A stretch of 64,000 nt of DNA from Candidatus Latescibacterota bacterium (GTDB taxonomy: Bacteria > Latescibacterota > UBA2968). The notes beneath the pieces are model-generated. The model ran no database searches. It had not been told where the DNA came from and was given only the letters and a program-made list of their open reading frames with translations. The position numbers were made by a program, and so were the translations under genes. The stretch covers positions 5,568,001 to 5,632,000 of the forward strand of contig OZ244960.1 in assembly GCA_965222605.1 (NCBI GenBank), written 5' to 3'. Positions 9,628 through 18,541 of the stretch are shown in pieces; the first letter of the stretch is position 1; each line of letters begins with the position of its first letter.

Positions 9628-10941
9628 TCAGGCATCAAAATAACTGAGTCGATCGCCTTCTGCTTCCCAGAGTTCTTCAAACATTTTTCGGATGTCGGGT
9701 AAAGATACGACGGATGCAGTAAGTGGGTCCAATGCACAAGCATGGAATGCCGCTTCTTTATCTTTTTCCATTGCAGCTTTGACGGAGAGTTCTTGTACGG
9801 CGATGTTGGTCATGTTTAATGCGGCGCACTGAGGCGGGAGTTCACCAACGTAACAGGGATGAATGCCTTCTCTGTCGACCATGCAGGGTACTTCAACACA
9901 GCATTCGTCGGGAAGATTGGTGATAGATCCGTTGTTCATGACGTTGCCGTTGAAGACAAATGGGACACCTGTGATTTTTGCTTCTATGATTGAAGAAGCG
10001 TATTCGTGGGATACTTGCAGTTTTGGGACTTCGGCTTCGGTATCGTTGTCTGTGATGCCTGTGTCTTTCATCCAGGAACGTTTGCGGCCTTCGGGCAATT
10101 CCATGTAGACGGGATCACGTTCTGGCAGGTTGTAGATGTCCCGCAATTCCTGAGTGCGCTGGAAGTAGGGGAGGTATTCTGAATTGTGTCGGGTGCTTTC
10201 GGTGACAAAATAGCCAAATTGCTTCATCATCTCGACCCGCACCAGGTCGTCTTTGAAACTGGGATGGGTGTCGACGGCTTTGAAGATGCGAGGGTACAGG
10301 TCTTCGCCGTCTTTGTTGAATTTTAGAATCCAGGCCTGGTGGTTAATCCCTGCAACGAGGTAACTCACATCTTCGTAAGGAACGTCAATGCCATTTGCCA
10401 GTTTTTTTGTTGTGCCCTGTACGCTGTGGCAGAGGCCGACGTTTTGGATGGATGAACCGATAGAATGCATCCAGGTGAGCATGGCCATGGGGTTGGTATA
10501 ATTTAACATGAGTGCATCGGGGCAGTGTTTTTCCATGCTTTTGCAAAATGCTAGGTGCTCGTGTGCGGTGCGAAGATAACGGAACACACCTCCTACACCT
10601 ACTGTGTCGGCGACAGTTTGGTTAATGCCGTACTTTTTGGGGATGTTGATTTCAGATGCGTAAGGTTCGCCCCAGTAGGCTGCGCCCCCAATGGATACGG
10701 CAGTGACGACAAAATCTGCGCCGGGCAATAATTCTTCGCGATCAGTGCTGGCGATGCATTTGCCAGGGAGTCCATGGCCATCAATGGCGCGGTTCACGTA
10801 ATCGTGCACCTGAGTCAATCGCTCTTCGTTGATATCACAGAGTGCGATTGTGGAATCGTTTAATAATTCACGAGATAAAATATCGAGGGACAGTCGGCTT
10901 CCGAATCCACTGCCAGCACCAATGATTACAATTTTTGCCAT
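9628..10941 (-). CDS. melA: GH4 alpha-galactosidase / alpha-glucosidase
   Basis: KIVIIGAGS, NYTNPM, GLCHSVQGT, AGINHQAW. Confidence 0.85.
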   Translation of the reverse strand: MAKIVIIGAGSGFGSRLSLDILSRELLNDSTIALCDINEERLTQVHDYVNRAIDGHGLPGKCIASTDREELLPGADFVVTAVSIGGAAYWGEPYASEINIPKKYGINQTVADTVGVGGVFRYLRTAHEHLAFCKSMEKHCPDALMLNYTNPMAMLTWMHSIGSSIQNVGLCHSVQGTTKKLANGIDVPYEDVSYLVAGINHQAWILKFNKDGEDLYPRIFKAVDTHPSFKDDLVRVEMMKQFGYFVTESTRHNSEYLPYFQRTQELRDIYNLPERDPVYMELPEGRKRSWMKDTGITDNDTEAEVPKLQVSHEYASSIIEAKITGVPFVFNGNVMNNGSITNLPDECCVEVPCMVDREGIHPCYVGELPPQCAALNMTNIAVQELSVKAAMEKDKEAAFHACALDPLTASVVSLPDIRKMFEELWEAEGDRLSYFDA

Positions 10942-11096
10942 TAAAATCTCCAGTATTAAAAGGTAATGTGAACTCAGCGAGTTATGTGTAAGCAGCAAAA
11001 AATCAAAAAACGCACTGTGAATGACAATGCAACTGCTCATGAGATCTCTCCTCTTTAGGTCGTAAACAAACGCCACTGTTACTCGACTCAGAGGAA

Positions 11097-11957
11097 TCAG
11101 GAAAACACCGGCGCCTGGAACACATCCTCGAATTCACCGCGGTCCTTCGCCCGCTGATACTCCCACTCGTAGGGCGATTCCCGAAGCCTGCTGGGCCCGT
11201 TCCTTACATCGTGCCCGATGTCGCTTTGCTTGGGGTAATGGCTGTAGATCATGAGCCTCCGCGGACGACCGGAAACATTTGGCCTGGAGTTGTGGACCAG
11301 CACCGAATGGAAGAGCATGACGGAGCCGGGCGGCGCCAACAGGTCGATTCCCCCATCGAAATCGATCAAATCCGGTAGCACTTCCCACCCCCTTTTGTTG
11401 GGCGGTTGGTGATGTTCCAGGTGCTGTTTGTGACTCCCCGGCCAGACGTGAAGCGGTCCGGACGATTCGTCGCACGGATCCATGGTCACGGCCGAAGAGA
11501 TGATCTCTTGCGGGTAATCCTGGGCCAGATAATACGCCCAATCGTTGTGAACCGGAAACCGGTCTTCGCTATCGACCAATGGGATGCCCTCTATCGCTTC
11601 GGGCAGCGGCTCTTTGTAGTTCAGCTTCTCCTCCATGAGAATCGGCTCGTTACCCATGAGCTGACGCATGGGTCCGATGAGTCGTTCGTCGGCAGACACT
11701 TCGGCCAGGAACAGCGACAGGTCGTTAACCGGCTGGATTTTGCGCACCATCGGCCCGGTGGACGTCTGCAGAATATTCAGCCGCCCACTTTTTCGCCCGT
11801 TGGCCAGGGAAGAGTTGATGATGAGCTCGAGTATCCGGTCCGCTTCATGTTGCATGCGAGCGACTTCCTCGGCGTTGAATGTCTGTGGGAGCACCAGGTA
11901 ACCGTTCTTGCGGAAGTGCTCCAGGTCTTCGCCTGTGAGTTCCGTTTTCACCGCCAT
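11097..11957 (-). CDS. PhyH family (phytanoyl-CoA dioxygenase-like) protein
   Basis: HND iron motif, VWPGSHK, HNSRPN. Confidence 0.9.
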   Translation of the reverse strand: MAVKTELTGEDLEHFRKNGYLVLPQTFNAEEVARMQHEADRILELIINSSLANGRKSGRLNILQTSTGPMVRKIQPVNDLSLFLAEVSADERLIGPMRQLMGNEPILMEEKLNYKEPLPEAIEGIPLVDSEDRFPVHNDWAYYLAQDYPQEIISSAVTMDPCDESSGPLHVWPGSHKQHLEHHQPPNKRGWEVLPDLIDFDGGIDLLAPPGSVMLFHSVLVHNSRPNVSGRPRRLMIYSHYPKQSDIGHDVRNGPSRLRESPYEWEYQRAKDRGEFEDVFQAPVFS

Positions 11958-11993
11958 TTCCTCCTCCTTACTCTTCTCGTGATCGTGGTTCGC

Positions 11994-12115
11994 CTATCTC
12001 TGCAAACATGAGGGATCTACTTCCACAAAATTTGCTGTGTGTTTGTCCAGTTGATCAGACAATTGGTGCGCAGTTCGTCACAGTAAATCCAGATAATATC
12101 AGGTTTTTCAGGCAT
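11994..12115 (-). pseudogene. Sulfatase reduced to its first ~18 and last ~22 codons
   Basis: MPEKPDIIWIYCDELRT (sulfatase-like N-terminus) joined out of frame to LSDQLDKHTANFVEVDPSCLQR*. Confidence 0.6.
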
Positions 12116-12191
12116 AAAAAGTTCGGCCTTTGTTTTTTAGATGTCTTTTTCGGGGACAACTGCGCCGTGTAGCACGAGTAGATCGTGTAAA

Positions 12192-12275
12192 TCAGACCAC
12201 TTGTATGGCAGCAATCGTGCCCGCTGTGCCTCCGCCAACTACGAGCACATCTACATCGTTTTTCATATGCTCCAT
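12192..12275 (-). pseudogene. FAD-dependent oxidoreductase N-terminal fragment
   Basis: DVLVVGGGTAGTIAAIQ then stop. Confidence 0.75.
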
Positions 12276-12344
12276 ATTTTCTGCTTTCTCTGCTTCAAGT
12301 GCAGTTCCGTGTGCCATTGATGTCTTGGAGGTTGGGACGCTTTC

Positions 12345-12481
12345 GTCTAACGGCCTGCGGTTGCCGAAGTGGCAATGCATCAGGAAACAGATTACCTCTT
12401 TCCCATCAGCCAACCCATCACTCACGGCCACTTGGGTCGGGGCGACCAAAGGGAGCGCAGCCGGCAACCGTCTTGTTGTGT
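12345..12481 (-). repeat. attC-like site (family B)
   Basis: GTCTAAC...GTTGTGT; arms CGGTTGCCG / CGGCAACCG and AAGTGGC/GCCACTT; paralogue at 22494. Confidence 0.8.
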
Positions 12482-12597
12482 GCTGTGCCAGCCTGGGGTG
12501 GGGAGCGGACGAACAACACTTACAGAAATCCCGCCAGATAGGTCGTCTAGCGGGAACCGAAAAAATTTGACATACCGCGTCTATGATCGCCACAGCC

Positions 12598-12915
12598 TCA
12601 GATCGGAATCTCTATGTAGTCACCTGGAGCTATTTTATCAACAGCAGTTTGGATGTCATCAATTCGCAACTGGATGCGTGGCCATGAAGTCGAGAGCAGA
12701 ACGATGATCGCCAGCTGTCTGCCGGACAGATTCTGTTGGTATCGAAGATTTTGGTCTGTAGAGATCAAGAGTTGGTAGTCATCCTGCTCACTTGCCTGAA
12801 GCAACTCGCTGTTTTGAAGGTGGGACCATCCCCGCTCAAAGGCGGTATCGACCGAGTGATTTGACAGATATCGTCGAAGAGGCACGGGGGTGCCCTGATC
12901 AAATAGAATCCTCAT
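12598..12915 (-). CDS. PIN-like toxin (DUF5615-like)
   Basis: MRILFDQG, LISTDQNLRYQQNL. Confidence 0.8.
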   Translation of the reverse strand: MRILFDQGTPVPLRRYLSNHSVDTAFERGWSHLQNSELLQASEQDDYQLLISTDQNLRYQQNLSGRQLAIIVLLSTSWPRIQLRIDDIQTAVDKIAPGDYIEIPI

Positions 12916-13139
12916 GAATCAACGGAGCCCGCCAACGCCTTCACTTCGTGATCGAGAACCGTTTCTACCTGCCATCGTTTTACGCCGGGGAACCATTCCA
13001 GAAACTGCTCAATCGAAGCCCCATCTTTGAGATTCTCGAAAAGCGCGGATACAGGAACCCGAGTGCCACGAAATATCCAGGCTCCGCTGACCTTTTTGGA
13101 ATGGCGCTCAACCGCATCGCATGTTTCCCAATTTCTCAT
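12912..13139 (-). CDS. DUF433 antitoxin
   Basis: SGAWIFRGTRVPV, FLEWFP; ATGA overlap with the PIN gene. Confidence 0.9.
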   Translation of the reverse strand: MRNWETCDAVERHSKKVSGAWIFRGTRVPVSALFENLKDGASIEQFLEWFPGVKRWQVETVLDHEVKALAGSVDS

Positions 13140-13282
13140 ACATTTACTCCATTTTCAATCTGCCTGATGGTATAACCTCAGCCAATATTATAAAAAAATA
13201 GTGCTATCCATTGGAATAAACAAATGGTTTTCTGGTTTTTGTTTTTTTGTAAACGTGGTGAGCAGTAGACGCCTGTCCAAAG

Positions 13283-13882
13283 TTAATGCTCAAATAAGAT
13301 GGCCCCAACAGCGTCGAGTCGATATTGGGTGCCATCGTATGCAATCGTCGTAACGGAGCATTCACGGATTATTTCACCACTGTATGGGTCATTGCAGAAT
13401 TTCGGACTGATGCGACTCAGTTCTTCAGACAAAAAAACGTTGAGAAGGAAGTCTGCCAAGATACCGCCATGGGTTACCCCTATCACAGTATCTTTGGATG
13501 ACTGAAGATAGCAATCGGAAACAAATGCTTCAATGCGTCTGCCAGCCTCAATGCTTGAATCGCCAACACTGGGCCGGTAATCTCGTTCTGTGGTACAATG
13601 ATCCCACTGAGCTATGAATTCATCGAAAGATTGGCCTTCGATGTCACCCCAATTCATTCGTTCACGTAGCCGTGAATCTTCAGTAACTTCAAGATTCAAA
13701 ATTGTGGCGATGATCTCTGCTGTCTCTCTTGTTCGTGCCAGTGGACTGCTGAAGATTCGTGCGATGCCGTTTGACGCTAACTTCCTGGCGAGTAGTTCTG
13801 CCTCTTCTTGACCTTTTGATGTCAATGAAGGATCACCGATCTTGCGGTCTCTCTTACCGTGGCGAATAAAGTGAAAACGCAT
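13283..13882 (-). CDS. Histidine phosphatase family protein (copy 1)
   Basis: RHG, SSPLARTRETA, THGG. Confidence 0.9.
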   Translation of the reverse strand: MRFHFIRHGKRDRKIGDPSLTSKGQEEAELLARKLASNGIARIFSSPLARTRETAEIIATILNLEVTEDSRLRERMNWGDIEGQSFDEFIAQWDHCTTERDYRPSVGDSSIEAGRRIEAFVSDCYLQSSKDTVIGVTHGGILADFLLNVFLSEELSRISPKFCNDPYSGEIIRECSVTTIAYDGTQYRLDAVGAILFEH

Positions 13883-13958
13883 TAAGGCTGCCTGTCTTCC
13901 GATTTTTCTTGTGCATAATTTGCCGGAGTGGGGTTGGGAGAACTCCTGCGCCGCTTGC

Positions 13959-14057
13959 GTGTAACGTTTCGCCGGTTTGCGAACCCCGAGCTTGTCAAGG
14001 GGTTGCCCGATAGGGCCAAGCGGCGTATGCCGCGTAGCGCATACCGCGCTATTAGCC
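13959..14057 (-). repeat. attC-like site (family A), one core box mutated
   Basis: GTGTAAC...ATTAGCC (paralogue at 8480 has GTTAGCC); close to 639-734. Confidence 0.85.
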
Positions 14058-14090
14058 GAAGTGTGAGTGACTTCGATGGACATGAGATCA

Positions 14091-14427
14091 TCACAAACTT
14101 GACCCCTTCAGCTGCTCAATGATCTTCTTATCTGCCTCGAATGCCATCTCTGTTGGTGGCCGATCAAGCGGGAAAAATTGGGCTTCAGAGGCATCGTCTC
14201 CCGCGACCAAATTACCTCCCTTCTCTCTTGCCACAAACCATACTCCGACAACGCTTCGTTCAGATGTGTGATGTGTAGATAGCACGTTCACGATGTCACC
14301 GACTTCCACATCCAATCCGGTCTCTTCCGTACTTTCGACGCACCATCAGGATTTGCTTGCCTCTAAGAACCACTCCTGCAACTCCGGCTTTCACAAAAGG
14401 CCATTGGGTAGTTTGATGGTTCGTCAT
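14091..14427 (-). pseudogene. NUDIX hydrolase copy 2 with 86-bp deletion
   Basis: Near-identical to 8520-8942 except for a deletion between two TCC triplets. Confidence 0.9.
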
Positions 14428-14482
14428 GAGAGCCTCATCATGAAAATTGGTGAGTATGCACGATAAAGACGGACGACATTTC

Positions 14483-14489
14483 GGCTAAC
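14483..14489 (-). repeat. attC core half-site starting the NUDIX cassette
   Basis: Reads GTTAGCC on the minus strand, complementary to the inverse core GGCTAAC after the NUDIX gene. Confidence 0.6.
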
Positions 14490-14570
14490 GGCCTGTTAAC
14501 CGCTGGTAGCCCCATCACGGCGAAGCCTATCACGGGCAGAGATAAAGCGCGCACCATCAGGCTTCTGATT

Positions 14571-15326
14571 CTACATGACCGGCCTGAATCTGGCTTGAAG
14601 GATCCTTTGGGCTGACAACTCACCAAAAGGCGCACCACAACACCTGACATCCTCCACAACCTTGTGGTAATCGTAACTCAATCTGTGATTTTCCACATGC
14701 CATTCCTGCCCATCCCACCACACTCTGGCATATCCAACTTGATGATCCCCATCAAACGGAAACCCAACTGAATCAATGATGCTATATCGCTGACCGCACG
14801 GAACGCCATAGGACGCGTAGTGAAGGTGTCCTGCCACAATCAGATTGGCCTTCGCATCCCCCAGCAGTGTCCTGGCCTCCTCTTCTGGAGTAACCGTCCG
14901 AAGACTGAACGGAACAGGTTGAAGAACCAATACACCGGTCACATCAGTAGGCGTTGCGTGCACAATGAGAAGATCATCCTCCGGAGACTGCCCTCCTGGT
15001 GGCGTTATCCTGTACTCAAAGGGCAGACCCTTCAGATAGCTCAAGCCATCTGTTCCTAGCTTCTCTCTCACCCAGTCCAGTCTTTCCTCGGAATACTGTT
15101 CATCAAAGACCAACAGGTCTGTGTTCCCGTAAATCGTGGGAGCGCCCAGATTTTGTATTGCGTCAAGACTCTCGACCGGGCGGGGTCCGTTCAGCACCAA
15201 GTCGCCAGCGACTACCAGACGATCATAGGGTTGGCTTTGCAGATCCTCAAGAACAGCGTTGAGTGCAGCGACGTTGCCGTGAATATCTGCAATTACCGCA
15301 ACTGAATATGACAGGGAATCATTCAT
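14571..15326 (-). CDS. Metallophosphoesterase family protein
   Basis: ADIHGN, GDLV, GNTD, GHLH. Confidence 0.9.
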   Translation of the reverse strand: MNDSLSYSVAVIADIHGNVAALNAVLEDLQSQPYDRLVVAGDLVLNGPRPVESLDAIQNLGAPTIYGNTDLLVFDEQYSEERLDWVREKLGTDGLSYLKGLPFEYRITPPGGQSPEDDLLIVHATPTDVTGVLVLQPVPFSLRTVTPEEEARTLLGDAKANLIVAGHLHYASYGVPCGQRYSIIDSVGFPFDGDHQVGYARVWWDGQEWHVENHRLSYDYHKVVEDVRCCGAPFGELSAQRILQARFRPVM

Positions 15327-15389
15327 TTCACATCTCCAAAATTTCGAGGTGGCGGAGAGTGGTTCTTGCGCGCTTTCAGTTTTTGCCGC

Positions 15390-15520
15390 TTGCGGTCAAA
15401 AACTTTTTGAACTGACCGTTCAGTCAAATGCCGTCCCGGTTTGGCACCCGAAAATAGCCATGTTTGGGGTTGATATTGGCACTTGTAATCTTGCACCGCC
15501 TTCTGGGCGAATGTCGAATC
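15390..15520 (-). pseudogene. Tyrosine recombinase (XerD/integrase-like) internal fragment
   Basis: AVQDYKCQYQPQTWLFSGAKPGRHLTERSVQKVF resembles the segment between box I and box II. Confidence 0.7.
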
Positions 15521-15530
15521 CTGCCCAAAG

Positions 15531-16130
15531 TTAATTCTCAAATAAGATAGCCCCAACAGCGTCGAGTCGATATTGGTTGCCATCGTATGCAATGGTCGTA
15601 ACGGAGCATTCACGGATTACTTCACCACTGTATGGGTCATTGCAGAATTTCGGACTAATGCGACTCAGTTCTTCAGACGAAAAAACATTGAGAAGGAAGT
15701 CTGCTAAGACACCGCCATGGGTTACCCCAATCACAGTATCTTTGGATGACTGACGATAGCAATCGGAAACAATTGCCTCAATGCGTCTACCAGCCTCAAT
15801 GCTTGAATCGCCAACACTGGGTCGGTAATCTCGTTCTCTGTTACAACGCTCCCACTGAGCTATGAATTCATCGAAAGATTGTCCTTCGATGTCACCCCAA
15901 TTCATTCGTTCACGTAGCCGGGAATCTTCAGTAACTTCAAGATTCAAAATTGTGGCGATGATCTCTGCTGTCTCTCTTGTTCGTGCCAGTGGACTGCTGA
16001 AGATTCGTGCGATGCCGTTTGATGCTAACTCCTTGGCGAGTAGTTCTGCTTCTTGTCGCCCCTCTGAGGTCAATGAAGGATCACCGATCTTGCGGCCTCT
16101 CTTACCGTGGCGAATAAAGTGAAAATGCAT
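15531..16130 (-). CDS. Histidine phosphatase family protein (copy 2)
   Basis: Near-identical to copy 1. Confidence 0.9.
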   Translation of the reverse strand: MHFHFIRHGKRGRKIGDPSLTSEGRQEAELLAKELASNGIARIFSSPLARTRETAEIIATILNLEVTEDSRLRERMNWGDIEGQSFDEFIAQWERCNRERDYRPSVGDSSIEAGRRIEAIVSDCYRQSSKDTVIGVTHGGVLADFLLNVFSSEELSRISPKFCNDPYSGEVIRECSVTTIAYDGNQYRLDAVGAILFEN

Positions 16131-16207
16131 TAAGTCTGCCTGTCTTCCGGTTTTTCTTGTGCACAATTTGCCGGAGTGGGGTTGGGGGGAACTTTTGTGT
16201 CGCTTGC

Positions 16208-16288
16208 GTGTAACGTCCAGCCGTGCACGAACCGCGCAGGGGTTGGACGAAGGCCGAATGGACGAAGCCATGCACAGTCGTGTTATGC
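16208..16288 (-). repeat. attC-like site
   Basis: GTGTAAC...GTTATGC with GTGCA/TGCAC arms, 15 bp after a stop codon. Confidence 0.75.
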
Positions 16289-16303
16289 GGTGTGCTCACT
16301 TCG

Positions 16304-17737
16304 TTACGGCGGGAGAAGCTCTGTGGAAAGGTTCCCCGAGAAACCTCTTTCTTTCATTTGCGCCACGAAGCCATCGATCTCCGCCTTACTCAAGATCTCA
16401 TTTCCGCCTATAATAAGCCAGCCACCCAAGTGAGCCAGGTTCTCCAGTCCACTCAGGCTTCTTAGGCGTGGATTGTTGCTGATTTCCAAATGGCCGCCGA
16501 TGGTCGCAAGATGCTCTAAGCCTTCCAGACTCTCCAGTTGTTCGTTCTGGCGTATGTAGAGGAAGCCTCCGATTTCCTTTAGTGCTTGCAGACCATTGAG
16601 GACGGCAAGGTTGTTGTTGGCCGTAACATGTATGCCGCGGGAGACGTACCGTAGGCTTCGCAGCCCCTGCAAGTCTCGCAGGGAGTGGTTAGATACGATC
16701 AGCAAGCGACCATCAACAGACTCGATCCTATGAAGCCCCTCCAGAGACACCAGCTTTGGATGGCCGTCCACGCGGAGATCCCTTGGTACAGTTTTGATTC
16801 TGTTTAGGGATGCGATGCTCTGTAATGATTCGTTGCAGAGCATGTAAATGTCTCTGCCTATTCTTTCTACATTGAGCCCATCCAGATTGAGCAGGTCGGG
16901 ATTCCGAATAAGCTTTAGGTCCCGCGCTACATTGGTGATTGTCTCACATTGGGTAATGCTATGAAGACCATCGCACCGGAAGATGCATAGATCACCGTAC
17001 GTGGCAGCCAGACGATTGTGCGATATGTCCTTCTCCTGGAGGCTTGGCGATAGGTGGGAAAGGATTGTCGTCAGGTATGCAGGCCATTGATGGTCGGTCA
17101 TATCGATTCTGCATACTCGGACGTCCAGCTTGCCAATTAGCTTATCCGTCATCTCTCGAAACGCGGTATAGAGTTGGGCATAGCCAGCGAATCCTCGCCA
17201 TCCGTTCCTCTTAGCCCGAGCCCGTGTGGTGACCTTCAGGTTGATCTGGGTGTTCTCCCAGCGATTTCCTCGGTCATCGCAGGTACGTCGCATGAAACTC
17301 GGCACGTCAGACTGAATCAGATAAACCACAGTCGGGTTGAGTTGCGAAACTGCATCAATGACGCCTTGAACGTAGTTCGCGATTGTGACCGGTTCAACGT
17401 CGTTGAAGAACAGCTCCGCCGTATTGCGATGAAATAGCTGGCCATCGAGGACGGTGACCGAATCGCTCTGCGCTCTTGAGGAGGCGAAGTCTCGCCATCT
17501 TTCCAGGCTTTCCTCTATCCGGCAGGCCTCGCCTTGCCACTCCATCCGAGTTGGGTGATTTGGATCCTTCTCGTGAATATGTGCGGTTGGTATCCCGTTC
17601 CGTTCAAGCTGCGAGCAAAGGAACTCTGCAGTATTGGTCTTCCCGGAGCCAGGGATTCCTTCCACAAAGATCAACCTGGTGTCCAGCAAGGCAGCCTCCA
17701 AGATGGCTGTAGTGTTCTGCCTAAAATGGCCTCTCAC
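16304..17737 (-). CDS. P-loop kinase domain fused to receptor L-domain-like leucine-rich repeats
   Basis: EGIPGSGKT Walker A; C-terminal repeats like LESLEGLEHLATIGGHLEISNNPRL. Confidence 0.75.
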   Translation of the reverse strand: MRGHFRQNTTAILEAALLDTRLIFVEGIPGSGKTNTAEFLCSQLERNGIPTAHIHEKDPNHPTRMEWQGEACRIEESLERWRDFASSRAQSDSVTVLDGQLFHRNTAELFFNDVEPVTIANYVQGVIDAVSQLNPTVVYLIQSDVPSFMRRTCDDRGNRWENTQINLKVTTRARAKRNGWRGFAGYAQLYTAFREMTDKLIGKLDVRVCRIDMTDHQWPAYLTTILSHLSPSLQEKDISHNRLAATYGDLCIFRCDGLHSITQCETITNVARDLKLIRNPDLLNLDGLNVERIGRDIYMLCNESLQSIASLNRIKTVPRDLRVDGHPKLVSLEGLHRIESVDGRLLIVSNHSLRDLQGLRSLRYVSRGIHVTANNNLAVLNGLQALKEIGGFLYIRQNEQLESLEGLEHLATIGGHLEISNNPRLRSLSGLENLAHLGGWLIIGGNEILSKAEIDGFVAQMKERGFSGNLSTELLPP

Positions 17738-17764
17738 GAGCTTGTTGGCTCGATTACATAAACA

Positions 17765-17800
17765 CCAGAACGGATGCAGTTCTATGTGGACGTGTTAAGC
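17765..17800 (-). repeat. Internally deleted attC remnant
   Basis: Minus strand GCTTAAC overlaps the methyltransferase stop and continues ACGTCC as at 767; GTT follows after only ~22 nt. Confidence 0.4.
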
Positions 17801-18541
17801 ACCCTGTGGGGGACCGGATAGAGGTTTTTCCAACCTCATGAGTAATAACATCGGCCAACCAAGATCAAAATCCTCCGGAAACTCAGTCCAGTACTCCTTC
17901 GCTCTGGGCGACTTCTCAAGCAGGCATTCGTCAGCAAGATGCTCCTCAATGCGATCAATCTGAAGTTGGGCCTTCAAGGCTGCATTGACATAGTCCGCGA
18001 TCTGGTGGTGATAGCCCTCGACGTTAACCTTTTGGCCTGTCTTCATATCAGTGAAGCGAGCCTGTAGGCGACGGAGATGCATCGCTGGGTGGAGTTCTGA
18101 GATGAGAATGAAACCTCCTGGCCGACAGATCCTCGCCATTTCTCCGATTACTGGATCCAAGTCAGAAATGTGCTCCAGGACGAGGCAGCATAGGACGCGA
18201 TCAAAGGTGTCATTGTCGAATGGGAGGCACTCTGTCAGATCATGGGTAACGAATCGCACATCGTGGTCTTTCGTCTTCTCAATAGCTTGCGCCATCATTT
18301 CTGGAGCGAAGTCAATTGCGGTCACCCTGGCACCTGCTTCTGACAGATAGAGGGTATGACGTCCCGTACCGCAGCCGATATCAGCGACGCTGAGTTCTTG
18401 GACATCCCCCAACAGGGATCGCAATAGCGGCTCTTCCAAAATGATCAAGGAATTGTCCTGCGTATCGTACGTCTCAGACCAACGAGCGTAGCCTTGCCGG
18501 ACAGGTACGGTTTCAAGATCGGCTCCAGACCCGTCACTCAT
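17795..18541 (-). CDS. Class I SAM-dependent methyltransferase (BioC-like)
   Basis: ADIGCGTGRH, LVLEHI, ISELHP. Confidence 0.9.
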   Translation of the reverse strand: MSDGSGADLETVPVRQGYARWSETYDTQDNSLIILEEPLLRSLLGDVQELSVADIGCGTGRHTLYLSEAGARVTAIDFAPEMMAQAIEKTKDHDVRFVTHDLTECLPFDNDTFDRVLCCLVLEHISDLDPVIGEMARICRPGGFILISELHPAMHLRRLQARFTDMKTGQKVNVEGYHHQIADYVNAALKAQLQIDRIEEHLADECLLEKSPRAKEYWTEFPEDFDLGWPMLLLMRLEKPLSGPPQGA

